DNA of 64,000 bases from Eledone cirrhosa (taxonomy: Eukaryota). How positions within the stretch are numbered: the stretch's first letter is position 1; each line of letters opens with the position of its first letter. Location of the stretch: NCBI GenBank assembly GCA_964016885.1, contig OZ024763.1, forward strand, positions 22,196,001 to 22,260,000, in the 5' to 3' direction. Below the pieces are notes generated by a model that saw only the letters and a program-made list of their open reading frames with translations, was not told where the DNA came from and made no database searches. Positions 23,712 through 38,829 of this stretch are shown here, in pieces. Position numbers and translations under genes: made by a program.

Positions 23712-24010
23712 CTATGTAAAGTTATGTTGGTGCCACAACATCCAGGCCGAAACAAATGAGATCGTGTAGGTGTCACGACAAAAAAACACACAGTCCACGC
23801 TGTAATGTGGCCGTGTAGGCAACACGGTAAAAACCTCCCAGTCCCACACTGTAAATGTGGTTGGTTTTAGGAAGGGCATCCAACTGTAGAAAACGTGCCA
23901 GACAGTCCTATGCGAGCAAGACAATCACTCTTGCCTCAAGTGGGAATACCCCCGTCCAAACTCATGCAAGCGTGGAACACGGACGTTAAACGTTGATGAT
24001 GATGATGATG
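23712..24010 (+). mobile_element. Short RTE 3'-UTR copy
   Basis: Near-identical to the reverse complement of 430-731; ends in (GAT)n. Confidence 0.85.
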
Positions 24011-24046
24011 ATATATATATATATATATATAGGAAAAGTGTCAGGA

Positions 24047-24140
24047 CCCCGATGGTTGAGCTCCAGCCATTTTGACAGCTAGATCCAAACTAAGCCATCA
24101 GTATCAGAATGGCAGGAATCTAGCTGAATTTATCAAGGGG
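24047..24140 (-). ncRNA. Degenerate hammerhead motif (family C, U3-A8 core variant)
   Basis: CCCC-TTGATAA-(CAGCTAGAT...ATCTAGCTG)-AAAA (GAAA in sister copies)-TGGCTGGAGCTCAACCA-TC-GGGG. Confidence 0.55.
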
Positions 24141-24307
24141 TACAGTCCATATATGGGCATGCAGTCAAAGCAAAAATATCTAAGCAAAACATCCTAAAAG
24201 TTTGTTATTTTTCTTGTCTGTCACAAGGGGTGGTCAATGATCTGGGATGTAGTGTACATAGATAAATTTTCCTTCATAGCTGTGGGGGGCAATATATAAA
24301 TATATTA

Positions 24308-24346
<39 letters not shown>

Positions 24347-24556
24347 AAGAAATTAAAAGATGGTTAAAAGTTCCATGTATTTTATTATGCCCATTTTATT
24401 ATGCGCATTTCAAAAACAAATAATATCCGATATTTGCATTGCTTTATTGTTCTACAATAAAACTCACCTCCTACACATATATATATATATATAATTATAT
24501 ATATATATAATTATATATATATATATAATTATGTAATAAACAACACAATATAATTA

Positions 24557-24627
24557 TTCCATTACCCAAGGTTTCACGAAGTTAGACAATTCTAACAGAA
24601 GCGTCTGAATACGTTCATCAGCAGGAA
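24557..24627 (-). ncRNA. Hammerhead motif candidate
   Basis: CTGATGA-ACG...CGT-GAAA-CCTTGGG-TA; stem I is imperfect (TTCC/GGAA). Confidence 0.55.
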
Positions 24628-24740
24628 TCTTTATTTGGATATCCTGATCTTAAATACCTCTGTACTATACATAGAGCACTCTTCTTTCCTTTACCTTTTC
24701 CTCAGAAATACTTAACACACACACATATATATATATATAT

Positions 24741-25030
24741 AAACAAAGAAAGTGTGGTAAGATATCAGGTGGGCCATAACACACCAGAGTACTCAATACT
24801 TAGAGTAGTAGAGTGAGTAATAGGAAAGAGTCAGGACCCCGACAGCTGAGCTCCGGCCGTTTCGACAGCTAGATCCGAACAACAAAGCGTGGATGAACAG
24901 AGGGAAAAACTGGGTATAAGAGGCAGATAAAATGTAGTTTGCAAGAGAAAAGACTTCATAGATATAGCGTTCGGGTCTAACTGTCGAAATGGCTGGAGCT
25001 CAGCCGTCTAGGCCCCGACTCTTTTCATAT
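24741..25030. mobile_element. Family C fold-back element with a captured RTE fragment
   Basis: Arms 24820-24880 and 24969-25029; spacer similar to RTE 44629-44717. Confidence 0.7.
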
Positions 25031-25048
25031 ATATATATATATATATAT

Positions 25049-25373
25049 ATCATCATCATCATCATTTTACGTCCCCTTTTCCCTGCTTGCAACTGATTCT
25101 GGCTTGATTTCTACAGCTGGATGCCCTTCTTAACACCAACCTCATTTAGAGTGAGTGCTGGGTGCTTTTTTGCCGTGGCACCTCCACGACCACTTTGTAG
25201 TGGAATGATATGGACTGGGGTCCCTATCATCTCATTTCTACAGCTGAGTAAACTGGAGCAATGTGAAATAAAGTGTCTTGCTCAAGGAAACAACACATCA
25301 CCCGGTCTGAGAATTGAACTCACAACCTTTCGATTGCAAGGCCAATGCTCTAACCACTAAGCCATGTGCCTCC
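25049..25373 (-). mobile_element. tRNA-derived SINE (same family as 14984)
   Basis: Near-identical reverse complement. Confidence 0.9.
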
Positions 25374-25830
25374 ATGTATATATATACAGAGACCACTACC
25401 CCTCTATTATCTATACCATAAATATAGAGAGAGGGACCACTACACCTCTATTGTGTATACTATATATATATATATACAGGGGCTAGCACCCCCTATTGTC
25501 TAGACAATACAGTTATACTGTATCAAAACTGTTGCAAGTACGCCATAACAATGCATTTCGAGAGAGTGCAGCAACACATCTCAGTTACTGCCACAACACG
25601 AGGAATTCTAATTATTGATTTATTACACCGACACACAAGACCAGTTTCACTAGAGAAGCAACTACTTTAACCAATCAGATCCATCGTAATTATTGATCTG
25701 ATCATTGTTTAGCCCTAGGTCAGGTCTCATCAAATAGATCAATGATTTGACCATGCCATCACTCTCCTCATATGTATATATATATGTATATAAATATACG
25801 TATATATATATATATGTATGTATATATATG

Positions 25831-25863
<33 letters not shown>

Positions 25864-25864
25864 T

Positions 25865-26102
25865 GAGGTCGTGTAGGTGTCAAACAAAAAAACACACAGT
25901 CCACACTGTAATGTGGCTGTGTAGGTAACACGGTAAAAACCTCCCAGTCCACACTGTAAACCTGGTTGGTGTTAGGAAGGGCATCCAGCCGTAGAAAACC
26001 TGCCAGACAGTCCTATACAAGCGAGACATGGTGACCTGACCAATCTTGCCTCAAGTAGGACAATTGCCGTCTAAACCCATGCTAGCGTGGAAGATAGACG
26101 TT
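25865..26102 (+). mobile_element. Short RTE 3'-UTR-type copy
   Basis: Similar to 23760-23990. Confidence 0.7.
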
Positions 26103-26112
26103 ATATATATAA

Positions 26113-26155
<43 letters not shown>

Positions 26156-26773
26156 TATGAAAAAATGGCGTGCTGCGTGGTTGCAAATGGGTTACATATG
26201 AATAAAATTAGTCCTTCAGTGATCTTCCAGCCTTCATTGGTATTTCATCGCTTTAAAGATCATATACCTCTGGTTGGTGTGAGTAACAGCTAAAGAAAGT
26301 CGTTGGGACACGTAAATAGGGGGAACGAGCAAGACAGTAAACAAACAAAGATGGTAATGCAACGAAAAGTGAGGAAGAAGGCGTCATGTCCCTGAAATCG
26401 ATGAACATAAGTTCTGTGAAATCGTAGACGAGAGAAAAAAGACCATCCAACCTGGTTGAAATGTGAGCGAGGAAAGGATTTTGCACAGTTCAAACGGGAG
26501 GAAGTGATGGAGAGGGAGTAGCAGAGAGTGAGTGAGTGAAAGTGTGAGGAAGAGGCTAACTGAGAGAGTGATTGGCAGAGGGGGGTAAAAAGAAAGTGAG
26601 AGATACAGAGAAAGGGGAAGCAGTAAGAAACAAACAGACGGGTCACAGCGGAGGAAAATATATAAATATATGAAAAAATGGCGTGATATAAATGTATATA
26701 TATATAAATGTATATATATATATATATAAATGTATATATATATAAATGTATATATATATAACTGTATATATAT

Positions 26774-27081
26774 ATCATTTCATCATCATCATTTCATTTT
26801 ACGTCCGCTTTTCCCTGCTTGCAAGGGTGGGACGGGAACTGATGCTGGCTTAATTTCTACAGCTTGATGCCCTTCCTTGATGCCGTGGCACCTCCACGAC
26901 CACTTTGCAGTGGAATGATAGGGACCCCAGTCCCTATCATCTCATTTCTACAGCTGAGTAAGCTGGAGCAATGTGAAATAAAGTGTCTTGCTCAAGGAAA
27001 CAACATCACCCGGTCTGAGAATTGAACTCACAACCTTTCGATTGCAAGGCCAATGCTCTAACCACTAAGCCATGTGCCTCC
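26774..27081 (-). mobile_element. tRNA-derived SINE (same family as 14984)
   Basis: Near-identical reverse complement with an internal deletion. Confidence 0.88.
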
Positions 27082-27283
27082 ATATATATATAAATGTATA
27101 TATATATATATAACTGTATATATATATATAAATGTATATATATATATAAATGTATATATATATAAATGTATATATATATATAAATGTATATATATATATA
27201 AATGTATATATATATATATAAATGTATATATATATAAATGAATATATATATAAATGAATATATATATATAAATGTATATATAT

Positions 27284-29336
27284 ATCATCATCATCTTCAT
27301 CATCATCACCGTTTTACGTCCGTTCTTCCACGCTAGCATGGGTTAGACGGGTTGTCCTGTTGTGGGCAGTGTCTGGTCGGCTGACCATGCCTTGCTCATA
27401 CAGGAACTGATTTGGCTTGATTTCTACAGCTGGATGCCCTTCCTAACACCAACCTCATTTACAGTGAGTGCTGGGTGCTTTTTCGTGGTGCCTGCACGTC
27501 CACTTTACAGTGTGGGCTGGGTGCTTTTTTGCCGTGGCACCTCCACGACCACCTTGCGGTGGGGGGTGTGGGGGCATATTGTCTATATGCTTCAGCTTGT
27601 ACCCATGGGAGATCGGGTACTCTGTATTACTGCGTGATGCCAGAGGTCACGGTTGTGTGTCATTGCCTTTGAGAGGTGTAATTGGGTTAGGTCGGCTTTT
27701 ATCACCTCATCCCAGGTCATCTTGGGTCTCCCCACTCCGCGGTTTCCATCGACTTCTAGTGCTCTGCACCTTTTTATGCAGCTGTCATCCTTCATACGCA
27801 TCACATGTCCATACCAGCGCAACCGCCTCTCCTGCACACAGCATTTGATTCCTCTTATGCTTAGTCTCTGTCTCAATTCATTTATGCTTTGTCGTTCACG
27901 TATATTACTGTTACACATCCATCGGAGCATGCAGGCTTCTTTTCTCTAATCTAGTAAGTCTTCCACCTTCAGCGCCCAGGTCTCACTACCATGCAACATT
28001 GCTGTTCGGATACACGCATCATACAGTCTGCCTTTCATTCTGAGGGAGAAGCCTTTTGCAGCTAGCAGTGGTAGTAGTTCCCTAAACTTCTTCCATCCCG
28101 TTCTTACCCTAGTTATTGTACTTTCTGAACACCCACCTCCGCTGCTAATTCGGTCACCTAGGTAGCAGAAGCTGTCTACTGTTTCTACAGAGCCCTCCCA
28201 GAGATTGGTGGTACTTGTTTCCTGTGGCTGTTTGCTGCTTGCTGTCCCAGCACAGCTGCTGCATGTGAAGCCTACATTCTTAATTAAGCTTCCTGAGATC
28301 CCGCTACATCTCTTGTGTACCCATTGTTTGCATTTGGGGCAGAGAATGGAGTTCCTACCTACACCTTTCCTACATACTGAGCAAGGCCATTTCCCTGAGG
28401 GGATCTGGGTTCTGTTTTCTCGTCTACTTACAAGGACCTTAGTCTTTGTCATGTTGACTTTGAGACCCTTTCTTTCTAGTCCCCGCTTCCAAGTTTGGAA
28501 TTTATTCTCTAGTTCTACCATAGATTCAGCTATGAGTGCGAGGTCATCAACATACCGGAGTTCCCATGGGCATCCGGTCTTAAACTCCTCCGCTATTGCC
28601 TGCAGGACTATGATGAACAGGGGAGGGCTAAGAACAGAGCCCTGGTGGACCCCAACCTGTACGCTAAATTCCTCGCTATACTCATTGCTAATCCTAACTT
28701 TGTTGACTGCTCCCCTATACATGGCTTGTACCGCTTTCACAAGCCATTCATCTACTCCTAGTTTTCTAAGAGCCCACCAGATTACAGCACGTGGAACTCT
28801 GTCAAAGGCTTTCTCAAGGTCGACAAATGCCAAGTAGAGTGGCTTACTTTTAGCTAGGTACTTTTCCTGTAACTGCCTCACAAGGAAGAGGTCATCAGTG
28901 GTGCCTCTTCTTGGTACAAACCCAAATTGCATCTCGTCTATTTTCACCCGGTCCCTAATCAACTGTGCTATAACTCTTTCTGTTACTTTCATGACCTGGT
29001 CCATCAACTTCATACTTCTATAGTTTCCTCTATCTAGTGCATCGCCTTTACCTTTGTAGCAGTTGACAATGATGCTACTGCACCAATCTTTTGGTATGAC
29101 ACCTTCTAGTATTACCTGGTTAACAATACGTGTGGTTATAGTGTGACCTACAGACCCAGATGCCTTCAGCATCTCGGCAGCTATACCCGATGGACCGGTT
29201 GCCTTCCCCATCTTCATATCTTTGATACCTTACTTACTACGTTGCTGCTGAATTGTACTGCTGGCCCCTCTATAGGGTCTACTTTGGGGTAGGGTCTCTT
29301 CTTCCCATGCATTCTCCTCATTTAGTAATCTATCAT
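27284..29336 (-). pseudogene. 5'-truncated, disrupted RTE LINE (sister of 47538-51026)
   Basis: ORFs 27946-29217 and 27592-27930 joined by a frameshift; YADD changed to YVDD; same 3' UTR and tail. Confidence 0.93.
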
Positions 29337-29396
29337 TTATATAATTTAGTAATCATTTAGTAATCTATCACTTATATAAATGTATATATATATATA

Positions 29397-31588
29397 GACG
29401 TATGACATAGATAATAACTGGAAGTTCTTACGTGACAACTTGCTGCAGGCTACTGATGAAACCTGTGGCTGGAGCAGAGCTCCAACCAGACAGAGAGTGA
29501 CCTGGTGGTGGAACAGCACAGTAGATAAGGCTATTAGAGACAAGAGACTAGCATGGAAGGCTTGGAAAAAGGGTGGGAGTAGGGAAGAATATACAGCCAC
29601 TAAGAGAGAAGCTAGACGTCAGGTGTACTTAGCACGCAGGGAGGCAGAGAGTAGGAGGTTTGCCAATGTTCTGCGACGGGAAGATCAGAGGCGTGCGGTG
29701 TTCCACATTGCAAGGCAGTGTGTCAATGCAAATCAGGATGTTGTTGGTGATAAATGTGTCCGGGATGATGCCGGTGTACTTAGTGTCACGAATGACCAGA
29801 AAAAGGAGGCCTGGAATTGTCATTATGAGAGACTGTTGAATGTGGAGAACGAATGGGAGAGAGAGAAATTACCCTTGGTAGATCCGACAGAGGGACCAGC
29901 TATTGAGATTGACGAATATAGGGTCCAAGAGGCGATTAGGGAAATGAAAAATGGTAAGGCGGCCGGACCATCGGGAATAGTTGCTGAGATGCTGAAGGCA
30001 TCAGGGGACGTAGGCACTAAACTGGTTGCACGCATCATCAATCAGGCTATATATGGTGGTGTCATACCCAAAGACTGGTGCAGCAGTATTCTCATAAATT
30101 GCTACAAAGGTAAAGGGGATGCTTTGGAGAGGAGCAATTATAGGGGTATAAAACTGATAGATCAGGTTATGAAAGTGGCAGAAAGGATTTTAGCACAACT
30201 AATTAGAGAAAGGGTCAAACTAGATGAGATGCAGTTTGGTTTTGTGCCTGGGAAGAGTACAACAGATGCCCTCTTCTTGGTGAGACAAATGCAAGAGAGG
30301 TTCTTAGAGAAGAATAAGCCACTATACTTAGCCTTTGTTGACCTAGAGAAGGCCTTTGATAGGGTACCCCGATCTGTCATCTGGTGGTCCCTAAGGAAGC
30401 TAGGTGTTGAGGAATGGCTTGTGAGGACAGTGCAAACTTTGTACAGAGGTACTCTCAGTAAAGTCAGGGTAGGAATGGAGTTTAGTGAGGAATTCCAGAT
30501 ACAAGTAGGAGTACATCAGGGTTCGGTCCTCAGCCCGCTCTTGTTCATTATAGTCCTCCAAGCCATAACAGAGGAGTTTAAGACTGGCTGTCCATGGGAA
30601 CTTCTCTATGCTGACGATCTGGCTCTTATAGCAGAATCAGTAGAGGAGCTAGAGAATAAATTCCGGCTATGGAAACAACAGTTGGAAACAAGAGGACTGA
30701 GAGTAAATCTAGCTAAGACAAAAGTGTTGATGAGTAGAAAAGAGGACAAAACCCTGATTCCGTCAGGGAAATGGCCATGTTCGATATGCAGAAAAGGAAC
30801 TGGCATAAATTCTATAAAATGCACACAATGCAGGTCCTGGGTACACAAGAGATGTAGCGGGATAGCAGGCAAACTAACAGGTAGGGAGAAATATGTATGC
30901 AGTAGATGTACAGGGAAATTAGACAGTAGAAGTCGCACTGATAGACACATTTTTCAACTGCGAGAGGGCGCTATAGAAGTGGTGGATAGCTTCCGGTACC
31001 TAGGAGATCAGATTAGCATGGGAGGAGGGTGTTCCGAGGCCATAGTATCTAGAATAAGGATGGGTTGGAAGAAGTTTAGGGAGCTGCTTCCTCTGTTGAC
31101 GAAGAAGGGTTTCTCCCTGCGTACGAAAGGCCGGTTGTATGATGCCTGTGTGAGGAGCGCGGTGCTGCATGGTAGTGAGACATGGGCAGCAACCGCAGAG
31201 GATATGCGACGGCTGGAGAGAAATGAGGCAAGCATGCTCCATTGGATGTGCAGTGTAAATGTGCGTGAACGACCCAGCATAAATGTGTTGAGAGAGAAAC
31301 TGTGTCTGAGAGGGATGGAATGTAGTGTACGGGAGAGGAGACTGAGGTGGTATGGACATGTGATGCGCATGGAGGATGACCGATGGGTGAAGAAGTGCCA
31401 GGAAATGCCAGTTGAAGAAGAACGAAAAACATGGGCGGAGGTGGTGAGAACAGACCTCAGATCATTGAAGCTCACGGTGGAGATGACGAGGGACCGTGAC
31501 GAGTGGAGAGATGCTGTGCTGAATAAGACTCGTCCCACCCTTGCAAGCAGGGAAAAGCGGACGTAAAATGATGATGATGATGATGATA
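29397..31588 (+). mobile_element. 5'-truncated RTE LINE, second subfamily (open 708-aa RT frame)
   Basis: DLEKAFD, QGSVLSP, YADD, PHD-like Cys cluster; the ORF runs to the terminus, then (ATG)n. Confidence 0.94.
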
Positions 31589-31590
31589 TA

Positions 31591-33306
31591 CTCAAGTGTA
31601 TCCCCTTACCCAGCAGAAAAACCTACCTTAAACTGCTTATAGACGCTACTAATTCGTTTATACGGAGAGTCAGATGGAAGGCATACCACCTGGATAAGAA
31701 CACCCGTAACCTTCCTGAACCCAAAGAGAAGTATGGCTTCAAAACATACCGAAACCCACCGCACAACACCTTACTGGACTCCTTTGAAGAGGACCTGCTG
31801 AAAATGATCAAAAACGTTAAGCTCAGAAAGAAACACCAATGCAGCAATCCATTCTTAACGTCCCTTGATACACTAATAACTAAGATCAAGAATGAGCCGC
31901 ACCTCTTCGTCACCTCCGACAAAACCAAAAAGCTGTACAAGATGGACGCGAGTGAGTATAAAAAATTCATCTATAAGGAACTACACAAAGACTACAAAAA
32001 GACACCCTCTAGTACCCTAAATGACATAAATAGAGTAGGGAAGGATATAGTCACCAGCTTAGAAATAGAAAAGTACACTAACCCGTACGTCCCTCTGACG
32101 CCTAAATTCTCTCTTAAGGATCACAAATATGACTTTAATGAAAGCCCCTCTATTAGACTAATATGCCCCTCTACATCAGATATAGGTAAGATTAGTAAAG
32201 TGATCCTCGACAGAGTACTACTCGAGCTTAATAGAAAGGCTAAGGTTTGCCTCTGGGGCAACACCGACCAGGTCATAAATTGGTTCACCGAGTTGCTGGA
32301 TAAAGCCACCCTGAAATTCATCCAGTTTGATATAGATAGCTACTACGCCTCTATCTCCCCCATACTCTTAAATAAGGCACTTATCTTAGCTAGATCTAAC
32401 ACTAGCCTCACTAAAAAAGAAATAGACATAATTCTAGCGGCACGTAGAACCATTATCCAGTTCGAAGGCTCCCACTGGACCAGAACCAACCGTTCTGATA
32501 ACTTCGATGTCACGATGGGGTCCAGTGACTCAGCGCAAGCAGCTGACCTGGTCGGGATATACCTCCTACATAAGCTTAGGGAAGAAATACCGGCCCTACA
32601 AGGAGGTGTATATAGGGACGACGCCCTGTTTACCGTTAGAAACCATAGCCCCCGTAGGATAGAGAACCTTAACAAACATATACACAGGTTCTTTAAGTCA
32701 TACGGCCTACCCGTAACTATGGACCTCAACCACAGGGTTGTCAACTTCCTGGACGTGACCCTGGAGTTGAGTACGGGCTTATACAAGCCATACCATAAGC
32801 CTGGAGAGTGCCTCTCTTATATTAATTATGCCTCCAACCACCCTAAGCAGACTCTCAACTCCATAGTCTATAGTATCTCACATAGAATCTCGAGGCTATC
32901 CGCCAATGAGGATATCTTCAACCAAGCGGCTGATTACTACAATAGGGCCCTGATAAGCGCCGGCTTTAACCGAGGAATTTCCTACATCCCTAACGCTAGC
33001 TCTAGAAACCACCCCCCTCATAAAACTAACGTTATAGTAAGCCATACCTATAACCGATCACGCGGCGACCTCGTTAAAGTCAGATATAATAGAATAGATA
33101 ACCGCACTAAAGATCACGTCCCCGGCGACGGTGAACATTGTAGATTACTCAAACTATTCCCCTATTACAAAACCTACAAAGGCGACGGCCTACTACCAAC
33201 GCCTTCCAACCAACATCTTCGTGTACATAAACATGGAAGAGGTAGAAAGAGTGCACCCGAGCATAAAGTGAAAGGGGCATTAACACACATAAGAGCGATC
33301 ACTTAG
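31591..33306 (+). CDS. PLE reverse transcriptase (frame open from 31591)
   Basis: IPLPS...FIRRVRWKA, FDIDSYY, TMGS, YRDD, NFLDVTL, YHKP, SNHP. Confidence 0.88.
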   Translation, partial: LKCIPLPSRKTYLKLLIDATNSFIRRVRWKAYHLDKNTRNLPEPKEKYGFKTYRNPPHNTLLDSFEEDLLKMIKNVKLRKKHQCSNPFLTSLDTLITKIKNEPHLFVTSDKTKKLYKMDASEYKKFIYKELHKDYKKTPSSTLNDINRVGKDIVTSLEIEKYTNPYVPLTPKFSLKDHKYDFNESPSIRLICPSTSDIGKISKVILDRVLLELNRKAKVCLWGNTDQVINWFTELLDKATLKFIQFDIDSYYASISPILLNKALILARSNTSLTKKEIDIILAARRTIIQFEGSHWTRTNRSDNFDVTMGSSDSAQAADLVGIYLLHKLREEIPALQGGVYRDDALFTVRNHSPRRIENLNKHIHRFFKSYGLPVTMDLNHRVVNFLDVTLELSTGLYKPYHKPGECLSYINYASNHPKQTLNSIVYSISHRISRLSANEDIFNQAADYYNRALISAGFNRGISYIPNASSRNHPPHKTNVIVSHTYNRSRGDLVKVRYNRIDNRTKDHVPGDGEHCRLLKLFPYYKTYKGDGLLPTPSNQHLRVHKHGRGRKSAPEHKVKGALTHIRAIT

Positions 33307-34286
33307 ATGGAACCACCCGTAGCAAAAGTACAAGGACACGTAATCGCCACTGTAACGTCCTATGGTTCCACCCCCCCTACTCTCGGAGTGTGGCCTCCAA
33401 CATACCCCGGATGTTCTTCGAAGCCTTAGAGAAGAACTTCCCGCCCAACCATAGGTATAGAAAAATTCTTAATAGGAACAATATAAAAATATCCTTCTCT
33501 ACTACTCCTAACCTAGCAGACATCATAGGAACAACGAACCACAGTAAGATCACCAAGACACAGCACCTCGACACAGACGCACCTACACCTGACAATAACA
33601 ATATCGGCCTTAACAACTCCCTGGCAGCATCCAATAGTGTTGGCAACGGCATCCGCAGACGCAACCAGAATGACCGCGAAATGACTGGGGAACATGCAGA
33701 ACATGACGTGCGGAATAACAATCGCACCACCCCGCGTGCTGTGGGTTGTAATTGTGTTAACGACAGCTGCGGTAGCGTAGGTAATAGCATAGGTAACAAC
33801 GTAGGCAGCAATAATGATAGCCTTACCGTGGGAAATAGACGGAACCGCGACAGAAATTGCAACTGCCGCGACAGAGGACGCTGCCCCCTTAGAGGATACT
33901 GCTTGACTGATAGGGTTATATATAGATGCACTATTACTAGCCACAATAGCGTTAAACATTATATAGGGGCCACCTCCGGCCCGTTCAAAATTAGGTTTCG
34001 AACACATCTCCACTCTTTCACAAATAGAAAACTTAGGCACTCCACTTCGCTCGCGGACTACATCACATCACTAAAGGACTTAAACATCAGCTTCTCCACG
34101 CACTGGGAGATTGTCGGCAGGGCTGCACCGTACAACTTCAAGAGGAAATGCGACCTTTGCCTCATGGAGCTCTACCACATCATAACTGCACCCCACGAGC
34201 TCATCAACAGCAGAGCTGAAACAGCGATAATTTGTACACATCGCTTAAAAATATCCTTCTTCAGATGGGTTAATGATGAAGAGTGA
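33267..34286 (+). CDS. PLE C-terminal linker and GIY-YIG endonuclease (shifted -1 relative to RT)
   Basis: WFHPPYS; CNCRDRGRCPLRGYC; VIY...YIG...R...H; CDLC...E; CTH. Confidence 0.87.
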   Translation, partial: SERGINTHKSDHLDGTTRSKSTRTRNRHCNVLWFHPPYSRSVASNIPRMFFEALEKNFPPNHRYRKILNRNNIKISFSTTPNLADIIGTTNHSKITKTQHLDTDAPTPDNNNIGLNNSLAASNSVGNGIRRRNQNDREMTGEHAEHDVRNNNRTTPRAVGCNCVNDSCGSVGNSIGNNVGSNNDSLTVGNRRNRDRNCNCRDRGRCPLRGYCLTDRVIYRCTITSHNSVKHYIGATSGPFKIRFRTHLHSFTNRKLRHSTSLADYITSLKDLNISFSTHWEIVGRAAPYNFKRKCDLCLMELYHIITAPHELINSRAETAIICTHRLKISFFRWVNDEE

Positions 34287-34587
34287 AATAGTACACTGGA
34301 TCTCCCTGCAACAAGTCTTAACACCCCGGCGGGAAGGCGCTGCAAAATAACACCCAGGAAACAATCCTTGCATACCAGACCCAGCCTCAGACAAACGGAT
34401 GCGGCAAAAAAAAAAAAAAAAAAAAAAAAATTTGTCCGGGAAAGACTGCCCTAACCCCGGCCAGAGTTACCTCCCTCGACCTGCTGCAAAATCAAAACAA
34501 GATATTTTTGCGAGCAATGAACCTTGATGTGGATTTAACCCCAAAAACTCTTTCCGAGGAATATAAGGAACACTTGTGATTATTTAT

Positions 34588-34626
34588 GCCCTTGAGAAGC
34601 CCAACTGGGCGAAACGTACGTAGGTG
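34588..34626 (+). ncRNA. Minimal hammerhead motif in the PLE pLTR (U3-A8 variant)
   Basis: CC-TTGAGAA-GCCC/AACT/GGGC-GAAA-CGTACG-TA-GG; AATAAA at 34635; stem I is weak. Confidence 0.7.
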
Positions 34627-34842
34627 ATATTTTAAATAAACATGTTTTAACGGTCTATTCTCCGATTTTTTACTTTCCCACGTGCTTACGCTCTGCTAAC
34701 TCTCTAGCCCACTAAATATTAACACTTCGAATATTTAATACTGCCGGCACTAGTATCGAGCACCTTTGGCATACGCTACTTGGCAAATAACTATATGTAT
34801 CACCTATCCCCCCTTTTTTTTCTCTTTCTCGATACGTAAATA

Positions 34843-38750
<3,908 letters not shown>

Positions 38751-38829
38751 AATTAAAAGTGTTATTGTAATATTTATATTGTTTGTGCAAATTGACTGGA
38801 GATTATAAATTATATAATTATATAGTATA

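Larger units (their letters stand above)
31591..34840 (+). mobile_element. Penelope-like element (PLE), 5'-truncated, with 3' pLTR
   Basis: RT, WFHPP linker, Cys knuckle, GIY-YIG, then an HHR and AATAAA. Confidence 0.92.

Noticed and set aside
33267-33306. Programmed frameshift or selenocysteine read-through in the PLE
   Set aside because: The stop is TAG, not TGA, the frames differ, and no slippery heptamer is visible; a simple indel is more likely.
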